A DNA stretch of 61,148 bases, filler included. It is 7 parts of 7 records of this genome, joined end to end, with 100 filler letters (N's around TTAATTAATTAA, not from the genome) between each part and the next. Parts side by side here need not be neighbours in the genome. Positions count along the whole stretch, not along the records: positions 42,247 to 54,054 come from SRR31147125_28178; positions 54,155 to 61,148 come from SRR31147125_28250; 5 more parts are not named here. One strand, given 5' to 3'. Shown here piece by piece: positions 52,391 to 61,148 of this stretch. The notes below the pieces were generated by a model. It was not told the DNA's origin, searched no databases, and was given only the letters and a program-made list of their open reading frames with translations. Both the position numbers and the translations under genes were made by a program. Position 1 is the stretch's first letter. Each line of letters opens with the position of its first letter.

Positions 52391-54054
52391 ATGAAAAAAC
52401 TTTTAATCTTCGTTATTTTTGGCATTGTCTTGCTTACGATGTCGAACGCAACATTTGCTGATAACGTCACTTTTAAGGTGGATATGAGTTACCTGAATAG
52501 TGTGGGCCTCTTTGATCCGGCTACTCAGAGTACTGCCATTCGTGGAAGTATGACGAATTGGCATGATTCACCTGAGAATCTTCCTGACTGGACCATGGCT
52601 GATGCAGATGCAGATTTGATCTACGAAGGAACATTTGATGTTGGTACCGATACACCCATTAATTACAAGTTTGTGATCGTCGATCTGGCTACCAGCGAGA
52701 TAGGCTGGGAATCAGATCCGAATAGAAGTTTGGCTCTGACAGGTGCTGATCAGGTTCTAGATCCTGTTGTATGGGAAGTTGAAGTGACTTTCCAGGTGGA
52801 TATGACACGTGCTGAAGCGCTTGGAATATTTAATCCTGCCGAGCATGGAGTGTCTCTGCGAGGAAATTTGACCAGCTGGAATGATGATCCTGCTACGCTA
52901 CCAGACTGGGCCTTGACGGATGATGACGCTGACAAAGTCTATAAAGGTACCTTTACTGGTATAAATACGTCCACATTGTCTTACAAGTATGTTATCACAG
53001 CTGCTGACACGTTGAAAAATTGGGAAGAAGCCATATCCAACCGCGAAGATACGTTAGGTGTAGGAGATATGACACTTGAAGTAGCATTCTGGGATAGTAT
53101 TCCACCAGTTGCTACAGCAATTACCGCAAATGTGTTGTTTAAAGTTGATGTTTTGCCATTACAGGAATTAGGCGCTTTTGATCCGACACTTGGTGATACG
53201 TTACAAATTCGTGGTCAATTTAACGGCTGGAATGACGAGAATCCGGAAGATTCCATCATGCGCCAGTCATTTGTATTTCCAACCCAATATGAGATAACCG
53301 TACCAATAACCGCCGCTCCTGGTGATAGACTTCCCTATAAATTCTTTATCGCCTATGATGATCAGGGAGGCACAAGATCGGTACCGGAATCCGGATGGGA
53401 AGAACCAGGTTCAACAGGCGGTGCTAACAGAGAGTATACTTTTGGTGATCAGGTGCAACAGGAAGTGCCCATTCAGGTCTTTAATGATATCTCTATAGAT
53501 GATGTCATTCCTGAAGGCACAACCGTATCTGTTGAAATGACAGCGGATATGCGTTGCGCTTTAAGAAATACTGAACTGGCTCTTCCGGCTGGAGGCCCAC
53601 TCCAGGCTGATACTCAGGATCCAATCTGGCGTTTCATTACCGGTACAGCAAATCCGGAAAATGATCCAACATCGCTTGTGTTTGAGGATGCTGAAGGTGA
53701 TTCTGTCTTTACCTTAATGTTCGATCTTGTTGGACCCGCTCCTAATTGGGTACAATACAAGCTGCAATGGTCTGGAACGGATGAAGAAGGTAGTGATACA
53801 CAGGCTACCGGCCGTCGTCGGGTTCGTTTCGTTCGCAAGAATGTAGATGATACCTGGCCTGCCACCTTCAAGATGGGTGTGGATGTCTGGAACGGCGTAT
53901 CCGGTTCCCCACTCGTCGTGGAAACACCGGATGGCGGATCCATCGATGATGATCCACCCTGTGATGTGATCCCTGTTTTCGTGGAGATGAGAGATGCGAC
54001 CGTACCTGGTTCTTACAGCCTTGGTCAGAATTATCCGAATCCATTCAATCCCAC
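52391..54054 (+). CDS. Secreted protein with three CBM20-like starch-binding modules and a T9SS type A CTD (3'-truncated)
   Basis: Repeats 'V(T/L)F.VD...RG....W...YK(F/Y)'; ends 'YSLGQNYPNPFNP'. Confidence 0.75.
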
Positions 54055-54154
54055 NNNNNNNNNNNNNNNNNNNNNNNNNNNNNNNNNNNNNNNNNNNNTT
54101 AATTAATTAANNNNNNNNNNNNNNNNNNNNNNNNNNNNNNNNNNNNNNNNNNNN
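54055..54154. other. Artificial contig linker
   Basis: N44-TTAATTAATTAA-N44. Confidence 0.98.
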
Positions 54155-54445
54155 CGGAGCAGGGTGACTCCCCAAAGGCCGGATCTGATCATCAAACAGG
54201 GCCAGAACAATCCCCGAACGCTCACGAACACTGCTGATATAACTGTCCAGCGCAGCTTCACCCCCCCGCTCATAATGCTGAATCGCATCGTGACCGTATT
54301 CCGTCACAGCAGCGCGGACGAAGTCCTGATGCCCCAGCGGGGGGAACTCCTGATTCCTGAGATAGGTCAATACAACAACCGCCGTTGAAATCAACAGGAT
54401 GGTCATAAGGAAGGAGAGAAATATCCGAACAAAAATACTACGCAT
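54155..54445 (-). CDS. CpxA-like sensor kinase, N-terminal fragment
   Basis: 'MRSIFVRIFLSF' TM1; overlaps the stop of the response regulator. Confidence 0.65.
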
Positions 54446-55154
54446 CACTCGCCTCTCCCGGGAACGCGTACAGATAGCCCACGCTGCGTATGGTTCGAAT
54501 CCGCTCAACATCACCCTGATAGCGACCCAGCTTTTTTCTCAAAGCGCTGACATGAACGTCAATGCTCCGATCGTAAGCCGACAACTTGCGCCCAAGGACT
54601 TCTTCGACCAGTTCTTCGCGCCCGATAACCTCTCCGGCACGTGCCAAAAAGACATCCAGCAAACCAAATTCAACAGAGGTCAACTCAACAGGCTGGTCCT
54701 CTTTCTTGACAACTCTGGTTGTACGACAAAGAACAATGTCACCGACGCTCACTTCGCTCTGAGCTGCTACCGCAGAATTGTCTCTATTACCCTGTTCGGT
54801 GCGCCTTTGAACCGCCCGGATTCTGGCGATCAACTCGCGGGGATTAAACGGCTTTGGAAGATAGTCGTCGGCTCCCAACTCAAGTCCGACAATACGATCA
54901 ACATCATCGCCACGAGCCGTCAGCATCACCACTGGAACCTGACTCGTCTCACGTATTTTGCGCAACACATCAAAGCCGTTCATTCCGGGCAGCATGACGT
55001 CAAGGACAACCAGAGTGTACGATTCACGCTGAACGCGGTCGGCACCATCATCCCCCCGATGCACGGCTTCAACATCGAATCCCTCACCTCCGAGATAATC
55101 CCGTAAAAGATCGCACAGCTCCTGATCGTCATCTATGACCAGTATCTTTTCCAT
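54438..55154 (-). CDS. cpxR: OmpR-family response regulator, CpxR-like
   Basis: 'VIDDD', 'LDVMLP', 'GADDYLPKPFNPREL', 'DRSIDVHVSALRKKL', 'TIRSVGY'. Confidence 0.85.
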   Translation of the reverse strand: MEKILVIDDDQELCDLLRDYLGGEGFDVEAVHRGDDGADRVQRESYTLVVLDVMLPGMNGFDVLRKIRETSQVPVVMLTARGDDVDRIVGLELGADDYLPKPFNPRELIARIRAVQRRTEQGNRDNSAVAAQSEVSVGDIVLCRTTRVVKKEDQPVELTSVEFGLLDVFLARAGEVIGREELVEEVLGRKLSAYDRSIDVHVSALRKKLGRYQGDVERIRTIRSVGYLYAFPGEASDA

Positions 55155-55200
55155 GACCTCTCCTTTTGCCTCATCATAACGCCCAACCCGGGGAAAAGCT

Positions 55201-55291
55201 GTAAAGAATTGTTAAGCGCAAAGCCCCGTTTTTGCTTTACACAACTTTACACAATCCACACAGCTCTTAACCCACCTTTAAAGCTGTTTAC
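55201..55291. promoter_or_regulatory. CpxR-type boxes in divergent promoter
   Basis: GTAAA-N5-GTTAA at 55201; perfect TTTAC-N5-TTTAC at 55236-55250; further half-sites at 55267, 55277, 55287 with 10-bp spacing. Confidence 0.65.
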
Positions 55292-55342
55292 CCTATAGTC
55301 GAACCATCACAACATACATTCACCTGATAAAGGAGCAAAACA

Positions 55343-55894
55343 ATGAAATTGAAATCAACACTGACAACCGCGACTGTTTTTTTACTTCTGACCTCAGCAA
55401 CTGCCTTTGCCTGGCCCGGCAAAGGAGGACAAGGCTGTGGCGACTGTGACCGCAGAGGAGCAGGGATGGGCTACGAGCAACAAGAACAGAGGATGGAAGA
55501 TCGTCATGAAAAAATGGCCGTCATTCTCGATCTGACAGAAGATCAGCAGGCCAAACTGACGGCTCTGGCAGAAGAGCATCAGAAACAGCGCAAGGAACTG
55601 CGGGAGAAGATGCGCAACAGCCGTGAAGAGATGCACGAATTCCGATCCGGTGATGATGTCAACGTAGACGATTTCAGAACCAAAGCGCGCCAGCAGGCCG
55701 ACCTGAAAGCGGACATGATGGCCCAGCGAATCGAACATAAAAAAGCCGTCCTGGCAATCATGACACCGGAGCAGCAGGAAAAAGCGGAAGAGCTCTGGGA
55801 GATGTTTAAAAACAAGCGCGGACAAAAAGGACACGGCAAGCGTGGCTGCGACCGCTCTGGTGAGCGCTCAATGAAACGTTGCGGTAAAGTTTAA
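55343..55894 (+). CDS. Spy/CpxP family periplasmic chaperone
   Basis: Signal peptide; LTxxQ motifs 'LTEDQQ' and 'MTPEQQ'; divergent from cpxR. Confidence 0.85.
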   Translation: MKLKSTLTTATVFLLLTSATAFAWPGKGGQGCGDCDRRGAGMGYEQQEQRMEDRHEKMAVILDLTEDQQAKLTALAEEHQKQRKELREKMRNSREEMHEFRSGDDVNVDDFRTKARQQADLKADMMAQRIEHKKAVLAIMTPEQQEKAEELWEMFKNKRGQKGHGKRGCDRSGERSMKRCGKV

Positions 55895-55929
55895 CCGTTA
55901 CAGCCAAAACACATCAGACCATTTCAACA

Positions 55930-55969
55930 AGAAAGAGCAGATTTCTGGGAGCAGGGATCTGCTCTTTCT
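55930..55969. terminator. Stem-loop after the Spy/CpxP gene (probable terminator)
   Basis: AGAAAGAGCAGAT...ATCTGCTCTTTCT 13-bp stem. Confidence 0.6.
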
Positions 55970-56067
55970 ATATTCAGAAGAAAGGAGCGCAAAGGTAGAG
56001 AAAAATTAAAATTGTTGTAATCATTTATTAGCTGTATATAATATTTGAAACCTTTAAAGTTGGTTCT

Positions 56068-58062
56068 ATGGCTAATACGCGTCGCCTCACACACAGCTTT
56101 TTCCTCTGCTATCTGGCAGGCACCACTCTGTCTGTCCTCATCATCGGTCTGTTCTGGCTTGTCAGTAGCTATCAACATCTCCAAGAAGACAAAAACATCT
56201 TTAAAAAACAGTCTGTTGAGCAACAACTTGAGCAATTGAAAACGCGTGTTCACAGTGTTGTTGAAATGATTCAGGCCGAGCAAACGCTGAACATTTCACT
56301 CTCGGAAAGGGAGCTTCAGGAGCGACTGCTCAGAACGATCGAAAAGATGACCTTTGAAGGCAAGGGTTACGTTTTCGTGACCCGCTACGACGGCGTGTCT
56401 CTTTCATACCCGGCTAAGGGTAAAAACATGTACGAAGTCACCGACTCGCAGGGAGTGAAGATTGTCCAGGAGATGATCAAGCTGGCGCAGAGCGGTGGCG
56501 GCTACCTTCATTACGTCATGCCTCCTCTGCAGGGGCAGCGTTCGGAGCAGAAGGTCAGCTATGTCGAAGGGATTGAAGAGTGGCAATGGTACATCGGTAC
56601 GGGGGATTTCGTTGCCGATCTAGATCAGGAGCTGGCAACGCGACTGGGAGAGAGAGTTTCCGCAATAAAATGGAAGGTTGCAACAATCCTTCTTATTCTC
56701 GTTCTGTTCCTGCTCCTCGGCTATGCGTTTTCACGCAACCTCCGCCGCAGAGTTCAATCCGGGTTTGATGAGTTTCTGAAATTTTTTGACCAGGCGGCCC
56801 GTGAAGCGACACCAATGGCCTCGAAAAACCAACCCTTTTCTGAATTCAAACAGCTTGCAGACGCGGCCAACCTGATGCTTGAGCAGCGCAACCATTACGA
56901 AAAGGACGCTCTGGAATCGCGCCAGTTGATCCGCAGCATCATCGATTCAATGCCGTCCATCCTCCTGACGATTGATGATCAGGGACGCATCAACCAGTGG
57001 AATACATTCGCCACACAGGAAACCGGACTGAAAGAAACCGAAGCCATTGGACAGCCGGCCCAGAGTTGTCTTCCCTATCTGAAAGATCGTCTGGACGACA
57101 TCCTCACAACCTGCTGCCGCCAACAGCTTGTCTATCAAGCCACGTTCGATCTTGAGCTCAACGATGGTATCCGAACAAAGCAGCTTTCCGCCTATCCGTT
57201 AAACAGCGCAGTTCCACAACGGGTCGTGCTCAGGATCGACGATATTACCGATCGGATCCGGGTGGAAGAAATGATGGTTCAAACTGAAAAGATGATGTCG
57301 ATTGGCGGCCTCGCCGCAGGAATGGCTCATGAAATTAACAATCCTCTAAGCATCATCAGCCAGGCAACCCAGAATACTTTAAGACGAATATCACCAGAAC
57401 TTCCGGCCAATCTCAGTGCGGCGGAAGAAGCAGGCATTGATCTGGTAAAGATGAATTGTTATTTCAAAAAACGGGGAATCTTAGGTTTCTTCGATAATAT
57501 GCTGACAGGTGTTGATCGGAGTGCTGAGATTATCAAAAACATGCTCAGCTTCAGCTCCAGCAGTGCCTCTCATCGTGAGCTCTGCTCCCTGCAAAATATC
57601 ATCGACAGCTCAATCAAGCTCGTCCACAACGACTATGATCGTAAAACGAAAAAAAGCTTTAAAAATATTCAGATTGCTATTGATCTCCCTGACGATCTCC
57701 CCAAAATTGCGGTCAACAGGATTGAGATTCAGCAAGTCATCTTTAACCTGCTGAGAAATGCCGGCCAGGCGATGTTCGAAATAGAAACGAACGACTATCA
57801 GCCTCAGATTCAACTATCAGCCGAGGCCCGGGAACAGATGATATCCCTGACCGTCAAAGACAACGGACCAGGCATTCCTGAACAAATTCAGTCGCGTATC
57901 TTTGAGCCATTCTTCACAACAAAAGAAGTTGGCGTCGGGACTGGGCTCGGTCTGTCAGTGTCCTACTATATTGTCGTCAAACGGCACAATGGCCACTTCA
58001 GAATTGACTCTCAACCTGGCCAGGGATCAACCTTCACAATCGAACTCCCTCTGGAGACATGA
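56068..58062 (+). CDS. Cache-PAS sensor histidine kinase
   Basis: Single Cache-like 'GYVFV...GGGYLHY...KVSYV...WQWYIGTG', PAS domain, 'AHEINNPL', 'NLLRNA', 'IFEPFFTTK..G.GTGLGL'. Confidence 0.9.
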   Translation: MANTRRLTHSFFLCYLAGTTLSVLIIGLFWLVSSYQHLQEDKNIFKKQSVEQQLEQLKTRVHSVVEMIQAEQTLNISLSERELQERLLRTIEKMTFEGKGYVFVTRYDGVSLSYPAKGKNMYEVTDSQGVKIVQEMIKLAQSGGGYLHYVMPPLQGQRSEQKVSYVEGIEEWQWYIGTGDFVADLDQELATRLGERVSAIKWKVATILLILVLFLLLGYAFSRNLRRRVQSGFDEFLKFFDQAAREATPMASKNQPFSEFKQLADAANLMLEQRNHYEKDALESRQLIRSIIDSMPSILLTIDDQGRINQWNTFATQETGLKETEAIGQPAQSCLPYLKDRLDDILTTCCRQQLVYQATFDLELNDGIRTKQLSAYPLNSAVPQRVVLRIDDITDRIRVEEMMVQTEKMMSIGGLAAGMAHEINNPLSIISQATQNTLRRISPELPANLSAAEEAGIDLVKMNCYFKKRGILGFFDNMLTGVDRSAEIIKNMLSFSSSSASHRELCSLQNIIDSSIKLVHNDYDRKTKKSFKNIQIAIDLPDDLPKIAVNRIEIQQVIFNLLRNAGQAMFEIETNDYQPQIQLSAEAREQMISLTVKDNGPGIPEQIQSRIFEPFFTTKEVGVGTGLGLSVSYYIVVKRHNGHFRIDSQPGQGSTFTIELPLET

Positions 58063-59138
58063 TGCTTACTGAATCAAACCTACACCAATACACTGTTCGA
58101 CGCATCCTTGTTGTCGATGATGAAGTCGACCTCTGTGCCAATATTCAAGCCTATCTCACAGATGAAGGCTATAATGTCACCACAGCCCACAACGGGCAGG
58201 ACGGTCTGGACCTGTTCCTTTCGGACCCACCGGATCTGGTGATCCTCGACCTGCATATGCCCGTGATGTCCGGTCAGGAGCTGCTCTCTCAGCTGGCCGC
58301 CTTCCCCCATATTCCGAAGCTCATCATCTCTGGGATCGATGATGTGACGGAAGCGATGGAGACCATCAAGTGCGGCGGTTGGGATTTTATCTCCAAGCCG
58401 ATTAACAACCTGGAAATCGTCAGCCACAGGATCTCTCAGCTGGCAGACAAAGCCACCCTGATGGTTCAGAACAAGCTGTACCGTGAACAGTTCAATCGCC
58501 TGGTCGAAGAACGGATCATTGAGGCCCAGGCTCCGATTATTGAAACGCACAAAGAAATTGTTTCGCGATTAAGCGATGTCATCGAAATGCGCTCGCGAGA
58601 AACCGGCAACCATGTTCGCAGAGTCGCCCAGATTGCTGAATACCTCGGCCTCGCTTATGGATTGGCTCCGGCCGAAGCCGAAACCCTCCGCTTAGCCGCG
58701 CCCCTGCATGATATTGGAAAAGCGGGAATCCCGGATGTGATTCTCAATAAAAATGGTAAACTTGTAGACGATGAATTCAAAATCATCAAAACACACACGA
58801 CCATCGGCTATGAGATGCTAAAAGACTCTGAACAGCCGATCATCCAGGCCGCCGCAACCATCGCCCTGCAGCACCATGAACACTGGGATGGGTCTGGCTA
58901 CCCACAGGGCCTGGCTGGTGATCAGATTCATATCTATGGCCGAATTACGTGCCTGGCCGACATTTACGACGTTCTTTTACAGAAACGTCAGCACAAAGAC
59001 TCCTGGAACCGCGAACGGGCTCTGGAGTATATCAAGCTGCACACCGGAACCTTTTTTGACCCGGAACTGGTTCGCCTGTTTCTCGACAATATTGATGCTA
59101 TTACCGACCTGATTTCAGACAGCCCGCAAGGGTCGTGA
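58059..59138 (+). CDS. Response regulator with HD-GYP domain
   Basis: REC domain ('VVDDE', 'LDLHMP', 'SKP'); 'HDIGK', 'HHEHWDGSGYP'. Confidence 0.9.
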   Translation: MMLTESNLHQYTVRRILVVDDEVDLCANIQAYLTDEGYNVTTAHNGQDGLDLFLSDPPDLVILDLHMPVMSGQELLSQLAAFPHIPKLIISGIDDVTEAMETIKCGGWDFISKPINNLEIVSHRISQLADKATLMVQNKLYREQFNRLVEERIIEAQAPIIETHKEIVSRLSDVIEMRSRETGNHVRRVAQIAEYLGLAYGLAPAEAETLRLAAPLHDIGKAGIPDVILNKNGKLVDDEFKIIKTHTTIGYEMLKDSEQPIIQAAATIALQHHEHWDGSGYPQGLAGDQIHIYGRITCLADIYDVLLQKRQHKDSWNRERALEYIKLHTGTFFDPELVRLFLDNIDAITDLISDSPQGS

Positions 59139-59176
59139 TTGACACCACCGATCAAACAACGGAGCCCGCACTCAAC

Positions 59177-61148
59177 ATGACTCCTTTTACATTGACCACG
59201 CCTTATTGTCGCTGGAATGACGCCTTGCGCCTGTTTTCACTTTGTCTTCTGACGCTTGTTCTTCTGCTGACAACTCAAAGCAAAGCTCTGGCACAGCCAC
59301 TCAAGGTCGGTGTCTATCCGAATAAGCCCCTGACCTATATAGATCAGAACGGGGAGGCTCAGGGGCTGACGGTTGATGTTCTGAAATATACAGCCGAACA
59401 GGAAGGCTGGGATCTTGAGTTTATCTCAGGCTCCTGGTCAGAAAGCCTCGCCCGCCTCGAGCAGGGGGAAATCGACCTGCAGGTCGCTATCGCCGTTTCT
59501 GATGCGCGTAAAAAGTTGTATGACTTTCCTGAACAGACGCTGATTACCAACTGGGGGCGCCTCTACAGCCACCCCAACTCAAGCATCGAATCGCTGCTGG
59601 ACCTGGAAGGTCTCCACATCGCCATGTTGGAAAAAGACATCCACTCACGTGTTTTTCTGACGCTGATGGACAAATTCAACCAGGCATTTGAGCCGGTCTA
59701 CGTCAGCAGCTATGACGACGTTCTTGATGCCATTGAAAAGAACCGGGTCGACGCCGGGGTCATCAATCGCATGTACGCCATGCAGAACGCTCATCGCTTC
59801 AATGTTCAAACAACCCCGATGATTTTTAACCCGATCGAGGTCCGCTACGCCGCTCCGAAGGGGTCCGACCCCGCGATACTGAATGCGCTTGATCGCCACA
59901 TTGCCGATCTGAGAGCGGATAAAAACTCCATCTACTATCAGTCCCTGGAAAAGTGGTTCGGCCAAGAACAGGCTCTAACGCTGCCGGCATGGCTGAAAAG
60001 CGTTCTGATCCTGTCGGCTGCTGTTATTGTTCTGTTCCTTGCATTCTCCGTGTTCCTCAAAAAGCAGGTTTCTCTGAAAACGGCTGAGGCCAACCGGGCC
60101 AACACCCAGCTGAAACAACAGCTGGACAAGCTTGAGCAAGCCCAAACAGCGCTCAAGGAGTCGGAGCACAAGTACCGCTCCGTTCTGGACCATCAGCAGG
60201 ACTGCCTGTTGTTGCACAAGTATATTGATGGTGGCTACGCAACCTTTGCCGAGGTCAATGAAACAGCGGTCCACTTCTACGGCTACAGTCACGAAGAGCT
60301 TCTCGGAATGACGATCGAAGATCTCATCGCTCCTGAGAGTATGGAGGTCCATCGCGCTGAAAGGTGCAAAGAGCGGCTCCTGGAGGACAACGAGATCTCG
60401 ATTGAATCTATTCACATCAAAAAATCTGGCCAGCAGGTTCCGGTCGAGGTCAGCGTCTCAACGGTCGAGCTGTCAGGAGAAACCTATATTCTCTCGTCTA
60501 TCAGGGATGTGACCGAGCGCAAAAAAACTGAAGAAGAACGGAACATGCTCGAAGGGCAGATCCGTCAGAAATTCAAAATGGAAGCCGTCGGCGCTCTGGC
60601 TGGCGGAATCGCGCACAATTTCAATAACAGCCTCGCGATCATTCTTGGCAACATCGAGATGGCACTGCGAAAAGCGGACGACGCCGATAAAGTCAACAGT
60701 TACCTCAGAAATGCACAGAAAGCTGTTCTTCTAACGCGTAGCCTGATCCAGCAGATCCTGACCTACAGCCGGAAAAGCTCGCTTGAAAAGGTTCCGGTTC
60801 TACTCCCGGAGATGGTTGAGGATGTTCTCAAGTTGCTCCGTTCAACGCTGCCGACATCGATCGATCTGAAATTCCAAAAACCGACGGGGCAATGCACAAC
60901 GATGATTCTCGCAGATCCGGGTCAACTGCACGAGATTTTAATCAATCTGTGCGCCAATGCCGTTCACGCCATGGATGAAAAGGGGACTCTGGAAATCAAG
61001 GTCGAAGAGGTCTCCCTGAAGAAAGCCGCCCTGCCGACCCACGAAACCTTTCAACCAGGACTGTACGCCAAGCTCAGCGTCAGCGATACGGGCTGCGGTA
61101 TGACCGCCGAGATTCTGGACAAGATCTTCGATCCCTTCTTCACCACCA
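59177..61148 (+). CDS. Sensor histidine kinase with periplasmic solute-binding domain and PAS (runs off the window; absent from the ORF track)
   Basis: Manual translation: 'PLKVGVYPNKPL...GEIDL', TM, PAS, 'LAGGIAHNFNNSL', 'NLCANAVHAM', 'DTGCGM...IFDPFFTT'. Confidence 0.85.
   Translation, partial: MTPFTLTTPYCRWNDALRLFSLCLLTLVLLLTTQSKALAQPLKVGVYPNKPLTYIDQNGEAQGLTVDVLKYTAEQEGWDLEFISGSWSESLARLEQGEIDLQVAIAVSDARKKLYDFPEQTLITNWGRLYSHPNSSIESLLDLEGLHIAMLEKDIHSRVFLTLMDKFNQAFEPVYVSSYDDVLDAIEKNRVDAGVINRMYAMQNAHRFNVQTTPMIFNPIEVRYAAPKGSDPAILNALDRHIADLRADKNSIYYQSLEKWFGQEQALTLPAWLKSVLILSAAVIVLFLAFSVFLKKQVSLKTAEANRANTQLKQQLDKLEQAQTALKESEHKYRSVLDHQQDCLLLHKYIDGGYATFAEVNETAVHFYGYSHEELLGMTIEDLIAPESMEVHRAERCKERLLEDNEISIESIHIKKSGQQVPVEVSVSTVELSGETYILSSIRDVTERKKTEEERNMLEGQIRQKFKMEAVGALAGGIAHNFNNSLAIILGNIEMALRKADDADKVNSYLRNAQKAVLLTRSLIQQILTYSRKSSLEKVPVLLPEMVEDVLKLLRSTLPTSIDLKFQKPTGQCTTMILADPGQLHEILINLCANAVHAMDEKGTLEIKVEEVSLKKAALPTHETFQPGLYAKLSVSDTGCGMTAEILDKIFDPFFTT

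Overview
This window is not one locus. It is seven unrelated contigs joined by 100-nt linkers (N44-TTAATTAATTAA-N44). Many single-base frameshifts look like sequencing errors, mostly in homopolymers. (1) 1-7472: Wzy-type exopolysaccharide cluster with a Wza tail, a GumC/Wzc-like co-polymerase, a stand-alone BY-kinase homolog with a degenerate Walker A and a Q/P/Y-rich N-terminus, a polymerase-like membrane protein, two GT4 enzymes and an acyltransferase. (2) 7573-14640: GntR-regulated catabolic operon between IS remnants (lactonase-like amidohydrolase, divergent aconitase, beta-decarboxylating dehydrogenase, HOGA-like aldolase). Its chemistry fits an apparently undescribed hydroxycitrate(-lactone) to 4-hydroxy-2-oxoglutarate to pyruvate + glyoxylate route. 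(3) 14741-28500: MetY-like enzyme, a repeat/palindrome/G4-rich spacer, a repeat-flanked DUF433/DUF5615 TA pair, a nitroreductase, and a type I R-M locus with an inserted DNA-binding + Doc pair and a trailing HhH-like/PD-(D/E)xK protein. (4) 28601-33926: Clostridia-like remB-gyrB divergent from purL. (5) 34027-42146: TPR-pilMNOPQ-like cluster, korAB and a cold-shock-domain gene. (6) 42247-54054: FCB-type alpha-glucan locus without SusD (GH13, PPIase, TonB-dependent receptor, 1214-aa Asp-rich T9SS cargo, PorV-like barrel, CBM20-repeat protein). (7) 54155-61148: CpxA/R/P-like module and further two-component genes. No rRNA, tRNA or CRISPR array was seen. All family assignments come from motif recognition by eye; no database search was run.
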